A DNA stretch of 64,000 nucleotides, taken from an uncultured bacterium. Lineage in GTDB: Bacteria > JACRDZ01. The stretch spans positions 5,500 through 69,499 of the forward strand of contig CAYWFU010000003.1 of assembly GCA_964457585.1 (NCBI GenBank), read 5' to 3'. The translations under genes were made by a program, and so were the position numbers. Shown piece after piece: positions 49,054 to 59,170 of this stretch. Below the pieces are notes generated by a model that ran no database searches, had not been told where the DNA came from, and worked only from the letters and a program-made list of their open reading frames with translations. Position 1 is the stretch's first letter, and each line of letters starts with the position of its first letter.

Positions 49054-52000
49054 ATGAATAAAAAAAGAAACATTTTTATTGTTATTTCTATTATTTTCAT
49101 TTTATTATGTGCAACTCTTATTTTAGCTCTTCAAGGTCCTCATGGGAATCAAAAATTAGCAGATAAATTAGGAGGAGAATTTGATCCTGGTATTTTATGG
49201 GGTACATGTGCTCAGTGTCATAAAGTACATGGTGGTTTAAAAAGTGCTCGTTTATGGTATGAAGATATTTCACCTAATCCGGATAAAGCGTCATTAGTTG
49301 AAAGATTATGCCGTTTTTGCCATACAACTGATGGATTGGGAAATGAATTTACTGATATAGAAGGAACTGTGCATGAGCGAAAAGGACATATCTTTCAGAA
49401 ATCAGGCAGGTATGATAAAGATGGTAATTTAATGGAAGGTTTTGATAGCATGTATTCCTATGAATTAGTATATGATACCCCAACAGGAGGTTCTCTTGTT
49501 TCATGTTATGTATGTCACGATCCGCATGGCAGTCAATATTTTGAAACACATGAATATATTGATAGAACAGATGCAAATACAAAATATTCAACTAAATATC
49601 CAAGTCCAACCTATGATACAGCATATAGAATGAGATTAGCTGATAATTATTTTGTGACAAGAGTATGGAGAAATATTAATCCTGAAAACTCTAATTTGCA
49701 ATGGGATAAAAAATTTTTAAAAAGTAGATTAGGTCTGGGTTTTTCCGCTGTCTCAAAAACTACTTATAGAGAATTTGCATATGGCAGTACGGAATTGTAT
49801 GGAGACAGAACAGTTAATATACGTGATTTATGTTTTAATTGTCATCGTCCTGAAGGTGTTATTCAAGATCCAGCAAAAAGTGGAGCTATAAATATCTGGG
49901 GAGATACAACTGTAAGAGCTGAAGAATATAGCAAAGTTTTTTCAACTGATACTACTGAAATAGTTACCCCGCCTATAGGTGAAATTATGATTTCATCCGG
50001 GAGACAACTGGGAGATGTTTATGATACAATATTATGGTTTTATAATAAAACAACGATAGACAGTCCTGGTCCTAATGCATTTTATGATAATGCAACTCAT
50101 ACCTGTGTAACAGGTTGCCATAATCCAATAGTTGGTGAAGAAAAACCTGATGTACCTGGCAATAATGAAGCATATTATAATACTGCTTATTGGTATTCAG
50201 TATCACAAGAAGTATTAGATCAGGATGTAGCTTTAAATAAATATGAAACAGTAAATCTTGGGAAAGATGAAACAGGTATTAATAATAGATATGGAACAAC
50301 TTATCTTTATTATTCTAAGTTAGCTTGTGTTTCATGTCATAACCAGCATGGTGAGTATTTCAGGTCAAAAACAACTCATCATCCATATGATTCAACAATA
50401 CCTTTGTATATTTCTAGGACAGATGGATTTAATCAAGATAAGTCGCGTAGATTCTGTCTTGGTTGTCATGATGAACATATAAAATTTCAGGCGCCTCGTC
50501 CGGTAGGATTAGGTGTAACTGTACCGGCAATTGTCCCTGCACATTTTGATGATACAACTAGTGATGTCAGAAATGATTTATGTACATATTGCCATTCATG
50601 GGATAAGCCATTAATAATTGGTGGTTCTGTTTGCGGCAGTTGTCATGGATTTCCTCCAAATTATTTTGATGATAAAAAAAATGATAAACCTGGTGTGCAT
50701 GAGACTCATGTAATAGCGGAAGGTTATTCATGCATAACATGTCATTATAAATATCAGCATAATCAAAATAAAATAGACAAACCTGAAGATTTTCGAAATC
50801 CGGATAAACCTTTTGACTCTTCATTTATTAATGTCACACTCGATTCATCTGCTAAAATATTTTATAAAACAATAGCTGAATATGGCAAGCCATTTGATAC
50901 AGCTTATAAAATAGACAGACGATATAATAGAAGAAGAGGTACACATACATATGGATATATCATTTTTAATAATGTTGATTATCAGGACACAACTCTTAAA
51001 AAAATGAGGCCTCTTATTCCTGATACTACACTGCACTTAAATATTTATTCTACTACTTCGGTAAGGTTGACTTTCCCGTATGACTCAGCAGACCCGGTAA
51101 GAACAGAAATTAAAAAATTTTCAAGATCAGAAATGTGCTTGATGTGTCATGATAATGAAGTTGTGATTAACGGGATTCTAACAACGGGTTATAAATATCC
51201 TATTGATGGACCATATATAGAATTGCCATTAACGATTAATGAAGTTTTTCGTAAACCATTGCCAATTATAAATATTCAAAAATACTATTTTCTTGTTGGT
51301 CATGGAACAAGTTTTACATCTACTCGCAAAAAACCGCATAATCCGTTTTATAATCAATATGAAGATATATCCAGAACAGATTGTACTGATTGTCATGTTC
51401 CTCATGGTTCAGATACATTTCCATTGATTAGAGAGTGGATTAAAGATCCGCATAAACCTTATAACTCTACTGCAACATTTAATTCAACTACAGTCGCATC
51501 AGATAATAGAATTTGTTATGCATGTCATTCAGACAGATTGGATAATGGTTTTTGGCCAGGGCGGCAGAAATATGAAACTTCTATTCATTATCAATATTAT
51601 GATGATAACGATAATGCAATTTCACGTGTTTTTGATAGAGATACCTCAAAACCGTGGGTTACAGATTTTAGTCAAAATCCAAAATATGGCGATAGATATA
51701 GATGGAGATTCAGGCATGATAGTACAATGTCAAATAACGGGTCTGGTGTAAATGCCCGCGGCGGCGGACGCTGTGTTAATTGCCATAATCCGCATGGTGA
51801 TGGGTCGTCAAATATTAATAAACCAACATATGATATTATGGATAGCTCCTATAAAAATATGACAAATTATGGAGGCTCAAAATTATGTTATCGTTGTCAT
51901 GTAAATCCAGCTCAGGATAATACAGGGGTAAGCAGAGTTGCATGGAAAGATGTAAATAGTAACTGGAACGATTATAATACTACATCATGGATAGATGCTG

Positions 52001-54684
52001 ATATCCAGAGACAATTTGAATCTACAAGAGAACCAAATATCCGTTACCCCGGATATAGAGGATCACATCATGATGTTGGTGGAACCCGTTATAATAGCAC
52101 AGGAAGAAATTGGGTGCAAAGAGGTGATTGGGGTTATTTAAGATATAATAACGGTTCATATTATGAGACTGTTTTTGACTGGAGAGGCTACGATCAAATA
52201 ATTAATTTATATGATTCATCAGGTGATGACTCAAGGATAGAATGTATAAACTGTCATAATCCGCATATTGTGCAAAGGGATAATCCATATACGACTACTG
52301 CAATTGAGTCCTTAATAAATCCGGATCCAAATAATGGTGTACATCCAGATTCGGTAAATAAGGAATCCCCATATGTAGAAGAAACAAAATTTGATACTTT
52401 CTTTTTAGTAAGTGGGTTAACGCGAATTAATAAACAAAAAGTATTAAATCGTTTTTGTTTGCGATGCCATGACCATGATGCCAATTTAACAAGCCACAAA
52501 GATTTTGATTTATATTCTGAGTTAGATCCGCCAGAATGGTTATATAATTATGATTCACTGCAAATTGGTTATGAAATATGGAAGAAAAATCCAAGTATTA
52601 ATCCGGAACTTTTCAGGATGAGAAATGGAATATCCGCTGCTAATAATAAATTTTATGGTGAATTACCACGAGCAGTGGTATTTCCAAAAATAGAAAGAAA
52701 TATCTTTGTATGGGAGAAATGGGATAAATCATGGTTTTATTTCAGATCAGGACATGGAAAATTTGAAGATAATCCTGGAAATAATTATGATACTACCACT
52801 TCATGTATGGGATGTCATTATCCTCATGGAAGTTATATCCCAAAACTTTTAAGAACAGATACAACTGATACTAAAATAGTGCCGCAGGACAATGGTGCAG
52901 TTTACTGCTATAGATGTCATGAATTCCCGATAAATAATGGCTTCTGGAATGGAAAAGCAGGATGGAATGATGGTCCAAATAGAATTGCAATTCCTGAAGT
53001 TTTTGCGCAATATCAAAAAGGATTTGATAGTTCAATTCATAGTAAATATCCAAAAAGCTTTGAATCGCGTACATTCCCGAATAATAAAAATGTGAATATG
53101 TATAATTCAACATTGGGTTATGATACATCTGATGCAGGAAAATGTATTAATTGTCATGATCCTCATGGAACAGTGCGGCAGTCAGAAGGAAATGGATATT
53201 ATCAAACAATGGGATATCCAAATATGACCTATGGATATAAAGAAAATCTTTGTTATGATTGTCATGATGATAAAGCAACAAGATGGAAAAATGTAACAGG
53301 TGATGATGCAAATGGAATGGATCTAAAATCTATTTTTGGCAGTACTAATATTTCCCGTTCAAGGCATGATGTAGATACAACATCTGAAATGGGCGGAGAT
53401 AAAGCCTGGGATACAACACTGGATTATATATTAGGTGCCAATGGAGTAAATAGGGGCGATGATAGACGTATTGAATGTATCAGTTGTCATAATGTGCATG
53501 TAATAACAGGTAAATATGAAACAGGTAAAATTTATACCCCGGTTACACATCCGGAAAATCCTGCGTTATTAATTCGTGATTATGATACTGTTAATAACTG
53601 GCGGAATGGAAGAGCAATGAACACATTTTGTTTAGAATGTCATGATACAGGATGGGATACAACAGTTAATCTGTCAACAACAGTTGATAGAAGATATAAA
53701 TCACCGACTTATTTAATATTAAATAATGAATTTTTACCGCGTCCCGTTGTTTTCCCTAATTCAACAACAATCGTAGATAATAGTTACGATAATCAAGGAG
53801 ATCAACCTGCTGATCGCACAATTTGGTGGGCTGGCAACAAAAAGAGATTTTCTTTATATTATAATAAAGCGCCATATTATTACATTAATGGTCATGGGTC
53901 AGACAGTACAAGATCATATGGTGTGCCTGACGGACCAAATTTAATCCGTGTACCAATGAATGTATTATGTATTGATTGTCATGATCCTCATGCATCAACA
54001 AATATTAAACTTATCAGGGATATTGTTTTAAGATTTATTAGAAAATATAGAGTAGATACATCATTGGTTACAAATTATAAAAATAAGGTTCGGAATGAAA
54101 CAAAACTTTCAAGAGTAGACCCGCCTGGAGCAGCAGGCAGAGCAAAAGAATTATATTGCAACTGGGCATGTCATAATCCGGAATATAAGCATATTTTTAC
54201 TTATGTGCGTGATGATGACGGAAATTATTACGATTGGCCAAGCGGTGATCCTGAACAATTATTGGTTGATACAACTTCCTATCATGCGTATCGTTTAGAA
54301 ACTTATAGTGCAACAGGAAGATATATTAAAAGAGGAGATCTTGATGTTGGTTTTGCACATGGTAATGATTATTTACCAGGGCAGATCGGATATAAACAAT
54401 TTTCACCAAAATTCACTGCTGATCAATCAGATGTTGATGAAATGAAAGATACATTTAATCCAGTTACAAATACATATTTAGCCGTAGATAGCAGTAAAGT
54501 AATACCAGTAGGCGGCAGTGCGGAAGGTGATTATTATCGTCTTATGTGCTTAACATGTCATAATCCGCATGGTACAACAGATGATACAACAGATTTTAGA
54601 GAAGATAGACGCGGAATGACAGTATATGATCCAGATTCTGATGATATTAATTTATGTGCTCATTGCCATTGGAGAGCAAGATAA
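49054..54684 (+). CDS. Giant multiheme c-type cytochrome (1876 aa; about 25 CxxCH plus 2 CxxxCH sites)
   Basis: N-terminal signal/anchor MNKKRNIFIVISIIFILLCATLILA. Manual count of 25 CxxCH motifs, many in the form CxxCH(D/N)PHG, plus CVTGCH and CNWACH variants. RBS-coupled 17 nt after the NHL gene. Confidence 0.85.
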   Translation: MNKKRNIFIVISIIFILLCATLILALQGPHGNQKLADKLGGEFDPGILWGTCAQCHKVHGGLKSARLWYEDISPNPDKASLVERLCRFCHTTDGLGNEFTDIEGTVHERKGHIFQKSGRYDKDGNLMEGFDSMYSYELVYDTPTGGSLVSCYVCHDPHGSQYFETHEYIDRTDANTKYSTKYPSPTYDTAYRMRLADNYFVTRVWRNINPENSNLQWDKKFLKSRLGLGFSAVSKTTYREFAYGSTELYGDRTVNIRDLCFNCHRPEGVIQDPAKSGAINIWGDTTVRAEEYSKVFSTDTTEIVTPPIGEIMISSGRQLGDVYDTILWFYNKTTIDSPGPNAFYDNATHTCVTGCHNPIVGEEKPDVPGNNEAYYNTAYWYSVSQEVLDQDVALNKYETVNLGKDETGINNRYGTTYLYYSKLACVSCHNQHGEYFRSKTTHHPYDSTIPLYISRTDGFNQDKSRRFCLGCHDEHIKFQAPRPVGLGVTVPAIVPAHFDDTTSDVRNDLCTYCHSWDKPLIIGGSVCGSCHGFPPNYFDDKKNDKPGVHETHVIAEGYSCITCHYKYQHNQNKIDKPEDFRNPDKPFDSSFINVTLDSSAKIFYKTIAEYGKPFDTAYKIDRRYNRRRGTHTYGYIIFNNVDYQDTTLKKMRPLIPDTTLHLNIYSTTSVRLTFPYDSADPVRTEIKKFSRSEMCLMCHDNEVVINGILTTGYKYPIDGPYIELPLTINEVFRKPLPIINIQKYYFLVGHGTSFTSTRKKPHNPFYNQYEDISRTDCTDCHVPHGSDTFPLIREWIKDPHKPYNSTATFNSTTVASDNRICYACHSDRLDNGFWPGRQKYETSIHYQYYDDNDNAISRVFDRDTSKPWVTDFSQNPKYGDRYRWRFRHDSTMSNNGSGVNARGGGRCVNCHNPHGDGSSNINKPTYDIMDSSYKNMTNYGGSKLCYRCHVNPAQDNTGVSRVAWKDVNSNWNDYNTTSWIDADIQRQFESTREPNIRYPGYRGSHHDVGGTRYNSTGRNWVQRGDWGYLRYNNGSYYETVFDWRGYDQIINLYDSSGDDSRIECINCHNPHIVQRDNPYTTTAIESLINPDPNNGVHPDSVNKESPYVEETKFDTFFLVSGLTRINKQKVLNRFCLRCHDHDANLTSHKDFDLYSELDPPEWLYNYDSLQIGYEIWKKNPSINPELFRMRNGISAANNKFYGELPRAVVFPKIERNIFVWEKWDKSWFYFRSGHGKFEDNPGNNYDTTTSCMGCHYPHGSYIPKLLRTDTTDTKIVPQDNGAVYCYRCHEFPINNGFWNGKAGWNDGPNRIAIPEVFAQYQKGFDSSIHSKYPKSFESRTFPNNKNVNMYNSTLGYDTSDAGKCINCHDPHGTVRQSEGNGYYQTMGYPNMTYGYKENLCYDCHDDKATRWKNVTGDDANGMDLKSIFGSTNISRSRHDVDTTSEMGGDKAWDTTLDYILGANGVNRGDDRRIECISCHNVHVITGKYETGKIYTPVTHPENPALLIRDYDTVNNWRNGRAMNTFCLECHDTGWDTTVNLSTTVDRRYKSPTYLILNNEFLPRPVVFPNSTTIVDNSYDNQGDQPADRTIWWAGNKKRFSLYYNKAPYYYINGHGSDSTRSYGVPDGPNLIRVPMNVLCIDCHDPHASTNIKLIRDIVLRFIRKYRVDTSLVTNYKNKVRNETKLSRVDPPGAAGRAKELYCNWACHNPEYKHIFTYVRDDDGNYYDWPSGDPEQLLVDTTSYHAYRLETYSATGRYIKRGDLDVGFAHGNDYLPGQIGYKQFSPKFTADQSDVDEMKDTFNPVTNTYLAVDSSKVIPVGGSAEGDYYRLMCLTCHNPHGTTDDTTDFREDRRGMTVYDPDSDDINLCAHCHWRAR

Positions 54685-54757
54685 GAAGATCTGGATTTTT
54701 GACATTCTTGTTATTCAGGTGTCATAATTTAGTCATACTTTATATTGTACTGTAGTT

Positions 54758-54773
54758 GCTCGATTTATCGAGC
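54758..54773 (+). terminator. Probable intrinsic terminator hairpin GCTCGATTTATCGAGC followed by TTAATTTTAATTT
   Basis: 6-bp stem, 4-nt loop, T-rich tail. Nearly identical 35-bp module recurs at 58810-58845. Confidence 0.5.
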
Positions 54774-54957
54774 TTAATTTTAATTTAAAAAAAAATAAAC
54801 TTTTTTGAAACGCATTTGTATATTGCTAATGAAGGTACAAAAAAAGATAAAGCCTGCATTGAGAAGTTTTATGAGATGTAGATGTAGTGGCTGGATTACT
54901 ATCCAGCTCTCAAATAAGCAATGTTTTTAACTATTCAAGGTTTGCGGGAGAATTGCA

Positions 54958-57900
54958 ATGGGAAAGAATGAAAGTAATTATAAATTATATATAACTGTAT
55001 TAATAACTGCAATAGCTTTATTGTGGAGTTTTAGCCCACCTGCTTTATCATATCCTCCAAGAGATCACAATACCTGGTGTTACTTTTGCAAAGGAGACGG
55101 TTTTATAGATTATGGAGATCCTCCGACAATATTTTTTCCGCGTTTTCCAAATGGAGAAGGCACATGGGTACCAAGCAAAGCAGCAGATGCTTATATCAGA
55201 ACATATTATTCTAATTGGAATCTGGGTATGCCAATACGTCCTCAGTCAGTTGCTGATCAGGGGATACCATTTCCCTCAACAGATTCAAGTTTTATTACAA
55301 CAAGATATCCATGTAGATTTGACCTATGCGGTAGTAATTCTTTAGGCAGCAATTATATTAAATATAATAAATCAGCAGTTGTTGGACCGGTTAAATGTTA
55401 TGATTGTCATAGTTTAAATAAAGCAGTAATTGCCAGAAAAACAAGAGCAGTTAACAAACTGATAGTTAAGGAAGATACTGCATGTGATTGGTGCCATAAT
55501 GTAAAATCATTTGAAGGCGGCAAAATTGATTATGATTCAATGACTTATTGGTCAAGACAAAATGCCTCACAGGCGCAAAAAGATATTTTAAAAAGAGAAA
55601 ATGTAGTTCATCCATATAGTGCTTCAGCCCATCCTTTCCCTGCAGGTAATACAACTTATATTGCTGGACAGGCTGGTGACTATAGAAAACCAAGAAAAAT
55701 GGTTTGCGGAGATTGTCATGATACCAAGCAGGTTACCCTTCCGAATGACATTATTGGCAAGCTTTTTCATGAAAAATATTCAACACGTTTTAGATTAAGA
55801 GGCGGTGCAGAAGGACCTGATATTGATGGACAAACTGATACAGCTAGAATTGGTACTTTATGGGAGTGGATGCAAAGAAGAGAAAATGGGTTAGATACTA
55901 CCAGATCTTCTGCTCCAATAGGAACTTTGGCTGATGATTCTTCGTTAGCATCATCGTTTATGACATTTAGATTCAAACGGGGTGATGGTAGAGTAAAAGC
56001 ATTTTATTCAAATGATTTTTGTTTGCAGTGCCATGATAAAGGCGGCAAATTTGGGGGTGGAGGCTTATCAGATACTTCTTTAAGATCCCCATATTATGCG
56101 CCTGATATAAGATTTTCATGGTATGGTTCTAATAGAAATGGACATATTATAAGACAGAAAGGAAAATATTTAAAACCCGGTGATAAGATGCCGTGTACTT
56201 TCTGTCATGATCCGCATAGTTCTGAAAATAATTTGTTTATGTTAAAGGATTTAATATCACAAAATGGAATAGTTGAGGGTGGAAATCCTCTTATATCGAG
56301 AGCTTTCTGTCGAAGATGCCATATTAATCCTTATAAAAGAGATGGAGAGCTTAATCCTAGCATAAATTTACAGAGTACTTATATATATTCATGGGATACT
56401 TCTTATAATATATATGATAGTGTAATGATTTATGGAATAGGAGGGATTGATATAGACCCAATTCTGGAAGGAGTAGTTATTCCAATCTCACCTAAAACAG
56501 TAGATAAAATACTTAAGAAAAAATATTATCTTGATACAAACCCTGATCCAAGAAATACGGCTGAAGCGCATACAAATAGAGATAATACACAGAATTGTGT
56601 AAGTAAATGGGATTTTAATAGAAATACGTATTATATCCCGGAAAATAACGGGTCGCCAAATAATATTACACCAATTACTCAAAGAGATCTTTCTCCTCCG
56701 CCTCCGGGCAAAGACATTCATGATGGATGTCATTCATCAGCTCATGCACCAGCAGTATTATCCTGTGATGGATGTCATAAGGAAGAATTTGATTGGGCAT
56801 TTTATTCAAATAGTAAAGAGGGTGCGGGGAAACCAAAATATACACGCAAATCATTTATTAAACCTGGATTATGGATTAATTTTACCCGTCATCCGGTTAA
56901 TGTTAATTTATATACCAAGTTTGGCAATGCGCAGGTAATTGATCAAGGCGGTCAGGGTATTGAAGTAGATGTGGATGCGGAAGTTAAAAATTGGCTATTT
57001 AATCCAGATATTCAAAAAGCATTAAAAGAGTTTTTTATGGATCCGAATAATGATGGAGATAAAAGCGATAAAATAACGCCTTTTTTTGATACTTCATATA
57101 CAGCATGGGAAACAACCTGGCTTGGTAAATCCTATAGAGGTCCGGAAATGGATCAAACTGGCAGTGGTATAATATGTTTAAGCTGTCATAATGATCATTA
57201 TATCAGAAACAAATATATTGAACCATGGAAAACTCAGGCTTTCCTTAGAATGGATATGCCTTATATTTGTTTGACATGTCATCCAAAAGGAATTGTTTAT
57301 GATGAAGCAACTAAAAAAATAAGAGCATCATATAATAGACATGGAGGATTCCTCCCGGGTGATGGAAATTCAACAGTTAAGTGCAATTCCTGTCATAGCA
57401 TGCATGGAAGACATCCTGTGGATTCTACAGATCGTTATAGTTATGTATATAATTCAACTGGTGATTATCGTGCAATTGAACTGCGATATAAAATGTATAA
57501 AAGTGAAATGGATATGACTCTGGAAGAACTTTATGTAGATAGATTTGGCAATTATCAGACAACAGCATCTCTGGCAGATACAACTTTTGATGGGCAGCGA
57601 ATATATAAAGATATTAGTGGTACTTTTTATTCAAAGAATAAAGTTTTGATTTATGGAGATAAAGCAAGAAGTCAGCCTTATGCTCATTTGATGCATAATA
57701 GAAATCAGATTATAACATGCGGCAGGTGTCATGGTCTGGATCCAGCAGTTAATTTGCGCAGAGCATTAGGCAATCCAGATACAAGTCTTATTACTAATCC
57801 AAATTTCCGCTGGCCTTCAAATATTTTATATCCTGCAGCAGGTGATCCAAAAAATTATCCTCATACTGGAAATTTTGGCAGAGATGATACGTATTTTACT

Positions 57901-58749
57901 ACTGGACTCTGGAGAGATGATGTGCAAAATAATTTTAAAAATGTCAGGAGAAGCTATAAAGGCGGTACAGAGCATGATATAGATTTAACTGATGATCAAA
58001 ATGATGCTTATGATACTATTCCATCAAGCGGTGGTTATAGCCTGCATTTAAGATGCGGATATTGTCATGATCCGCATGGAAATGATAATTATGTTCAATT
58101 GCGAAATAAAATTCCAATAGCCTATTCAGCTTCTGCTGAAGATACTACTTTATGGAAATGGAATGGAAATGTTGAATCCCCTGGAGCTGATAATTATACA
58201 TATACTCCGGATGGCAAACCATTAATTGTGGTCAAAGGAGATAATAAATATTCAGTAACTCCGGGTAATTTTAGAAGTTATTATTATACAACTGGAATTG
58301 TAGATTTTTGTACTTCATGCCATATAAGATTGGATGATCAGTCAATTGAATGGTATAGAAGTCCATCTAATTTTGATACAAGAAGAATGGAAACTGTATT
58401 TATAGATGGTATAGGAAATAGAATTATTGGTAAAAGCTTTGCGCGTCATCCGACAAATATAAGTATGCGGACTTTAATTAATAGAGTAACATATACCAAA
58501 GGTGATACAACTAAGATATTCGAAGAATTGGATAAACAATGGGATTCAATTGTATTGCAGAAAAAATGCGCAGCAGAAAATAAGCGTACTGATCCGATTA
58601 TAGGTGAAGTTACATGTCTTACATGCCATAATGCGCATGCTTCACCAAATACGAGTGGAAGACTTAGAAAATCTTATGATTTTGGAATAAATTCATGTGT
58701 TAGGATTTGTCATCCGTATATTAAATTGAATAATAAAGGTGCATATTAA
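54958..58749 (+). CDS. Giant multiheme c-type cytochrome (1263 aa; about 14 CxxCH sites)
   Basis: Signal peptide MGKNESNYKLYITVLITAIALLWSFSPPALS. Manual count of 14 CxxCH motifs plus a possible CVRICH variant. Confidence 0.85.
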   Translation: MGKNESNYKLYITVLITAIALLWSFSPPALSYPPRDHNTWCYFCKGDGFIDYGDPPTIFFPRFPNGEGTWVPSKAADAYIRTYYSNWNLGMPIRPQSVADQGIPFPSTDSSFITTRYPCRFDLCGSNSLGSNYIKYNKSAVVGPVKCYDCHSLNKAVIARKTRAVNKLIVKEDTACDWCHNVKSFEGGKIDYDSMTYWSRQNASQAQKDILKRENVVHPYSASAHPFPAGNTTYIAGQAGDYRKPRKMVCGDCHDTKQVTLPNDIIGKLFHEKYSTRFRLRGGAEGPDIDGQTDTARIGTLWEWMQRRENGLDTTRSSAPIGTLADDSSLASSFMTFRFKRGDGRVKAFYSNDFCLQCHDKGGKFGGGGLSDTSLRSPYYAPDIRFSWYGSNRNGHIIRQKGKYLKPGDKMPCTFCHDPHSSENNLFMLKDLISQNGIVEGGNPLISRAFCRRCHINPYKRDGELNPSINLQSTYIYSWDTSYNIYDSVMIYGIGGIDIDPILEGVVIPISPKTVDKILKKKYYLDTNPDPRNTAEAHTNRDNTQNCVSKWDFNRNTYYIPENNGSPNNITPITQRDLSPPPPGKDIHDGCHSSAHAPAVLSCDGCHKEEFDWAFYSNSKEGAGKPKYTRKSFIKPGLWINFTRHPVNVNLYTKFGNAQVIDQGGQGIEVDVDAEVKNWLFNPDIQKALKEFFMDPNNDGDKSDKITPFFDTSYTAWETTWLGKSYRGPEMDQTGSGIICLSCHNDHYIRNKYIEPWKTQAFLRMDMPYICLTCHPKGIVYDEATKKIRASYNRHGGFLPGDGNSTVKCNSCHSMHGRHPVDSTDRYSYVYNSTGDYRAIELRYKMYKSEMDMTLEELYVDRFGNYQTTASLADTTFDGQRIYKDISGTFYSKNKVLIYGDKARSQPYAHLMHNRNQIITCGRCHGLDPAVNLRRALGNPDTSLITNPNFRWPSNILYPAAGDPKNYPHTGNFGRDDTYFTTGLWRDDVQNNFKNVRRSYKGGTEHDIDLTDDQNDAYDTIPSSGGYSLHLRCGYCHDPHGNDNYVQLRNKIPIAYSASAEDTTLWKWNGNVESPGADNYTYTPDGKPLIVVKGDNKYSVTPGNFRSYYYTTGIVDFCTSCHIRLDDQSIEWYRSPSNFDTRRMETVFIDGIGNRIIGKSFARHPTNISMRTLINRVTYTKGDTTKIFEELDKQWDSIVLQKKCAAENKRTDPIIGEVTCLTCHNAHASPNTSGRLRKSYDFGINSCVRICHPYIKLNNKGAY

Positions 58750-58821
58750 AATTATAATTTAAGTACAGGAAATTGAAAAAGCCCAATGAATTGGGCAACT
58801 ACAATATATTGTAATGTAGTT

Positions 58822-58837
58822 GCTCGATTTATCGAGC
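58822..58837 (+). terminator. Second copy of the GCTCGATTTATCGAGC hairpin module (possible terminator/attenuator; weaker T-tract)
   Basis: Flanking sequence TTGTAATGTAGTTGCTCGATTTATCGAGCCTAATTTA matches the 54745-54785 module almost exactly. Confidence 0.4.
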
Positions 58838-58852
58838 CTAATTTAAGGAGTT

Positions 58853-59074
58853 ATGATGGCAACAACAGGAGTTCTAAAAAATATAGCGCGTAAAGTTACG
58901 CTTGAATTGATTTATGAAGTAGTTGATGAGCGAACTAAAGAACTAAAAGAAGAAATTCAGGAAATAAATGTAGAAATAAGAGCTATGAATACACGTATGG
59001 ATCAGCAATATATGGCTCTAAATGCAAGATTAGATCAAATATATGCAATATTACTGCAGGAGAAAAAGGTATAG
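58853..59074 (+). CDS. Small coiled-coil hypothetical protein (73 aa) between giant cytochrome genes
   Basis: ORF with RBS AAGGAG upstream. Heptad-like pattern (…ELKEEIQEINVEIRAMNTRMDQQYMALNARLDQIYAIL…). Followed by a perfect palindrome AGCGAATTGCAATTCGCT (59081-59098). Confidence 0.4.
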   Translation: MMATTGVLKNIARKVTLELIYEVVDERTKELKEEIQEINVEIRAMNTRMDQQYMALNARLDQIYAILLQEKKV

Positions 59075-59170
59075 GCAGCGAGCGAATTGCAATTCGCTGT
59101 TTCCAGGAGATTATTCATCATGGCTATTAAAGACAAACAAAAACACAATTTGTTTATAAAGGGTAAAATC

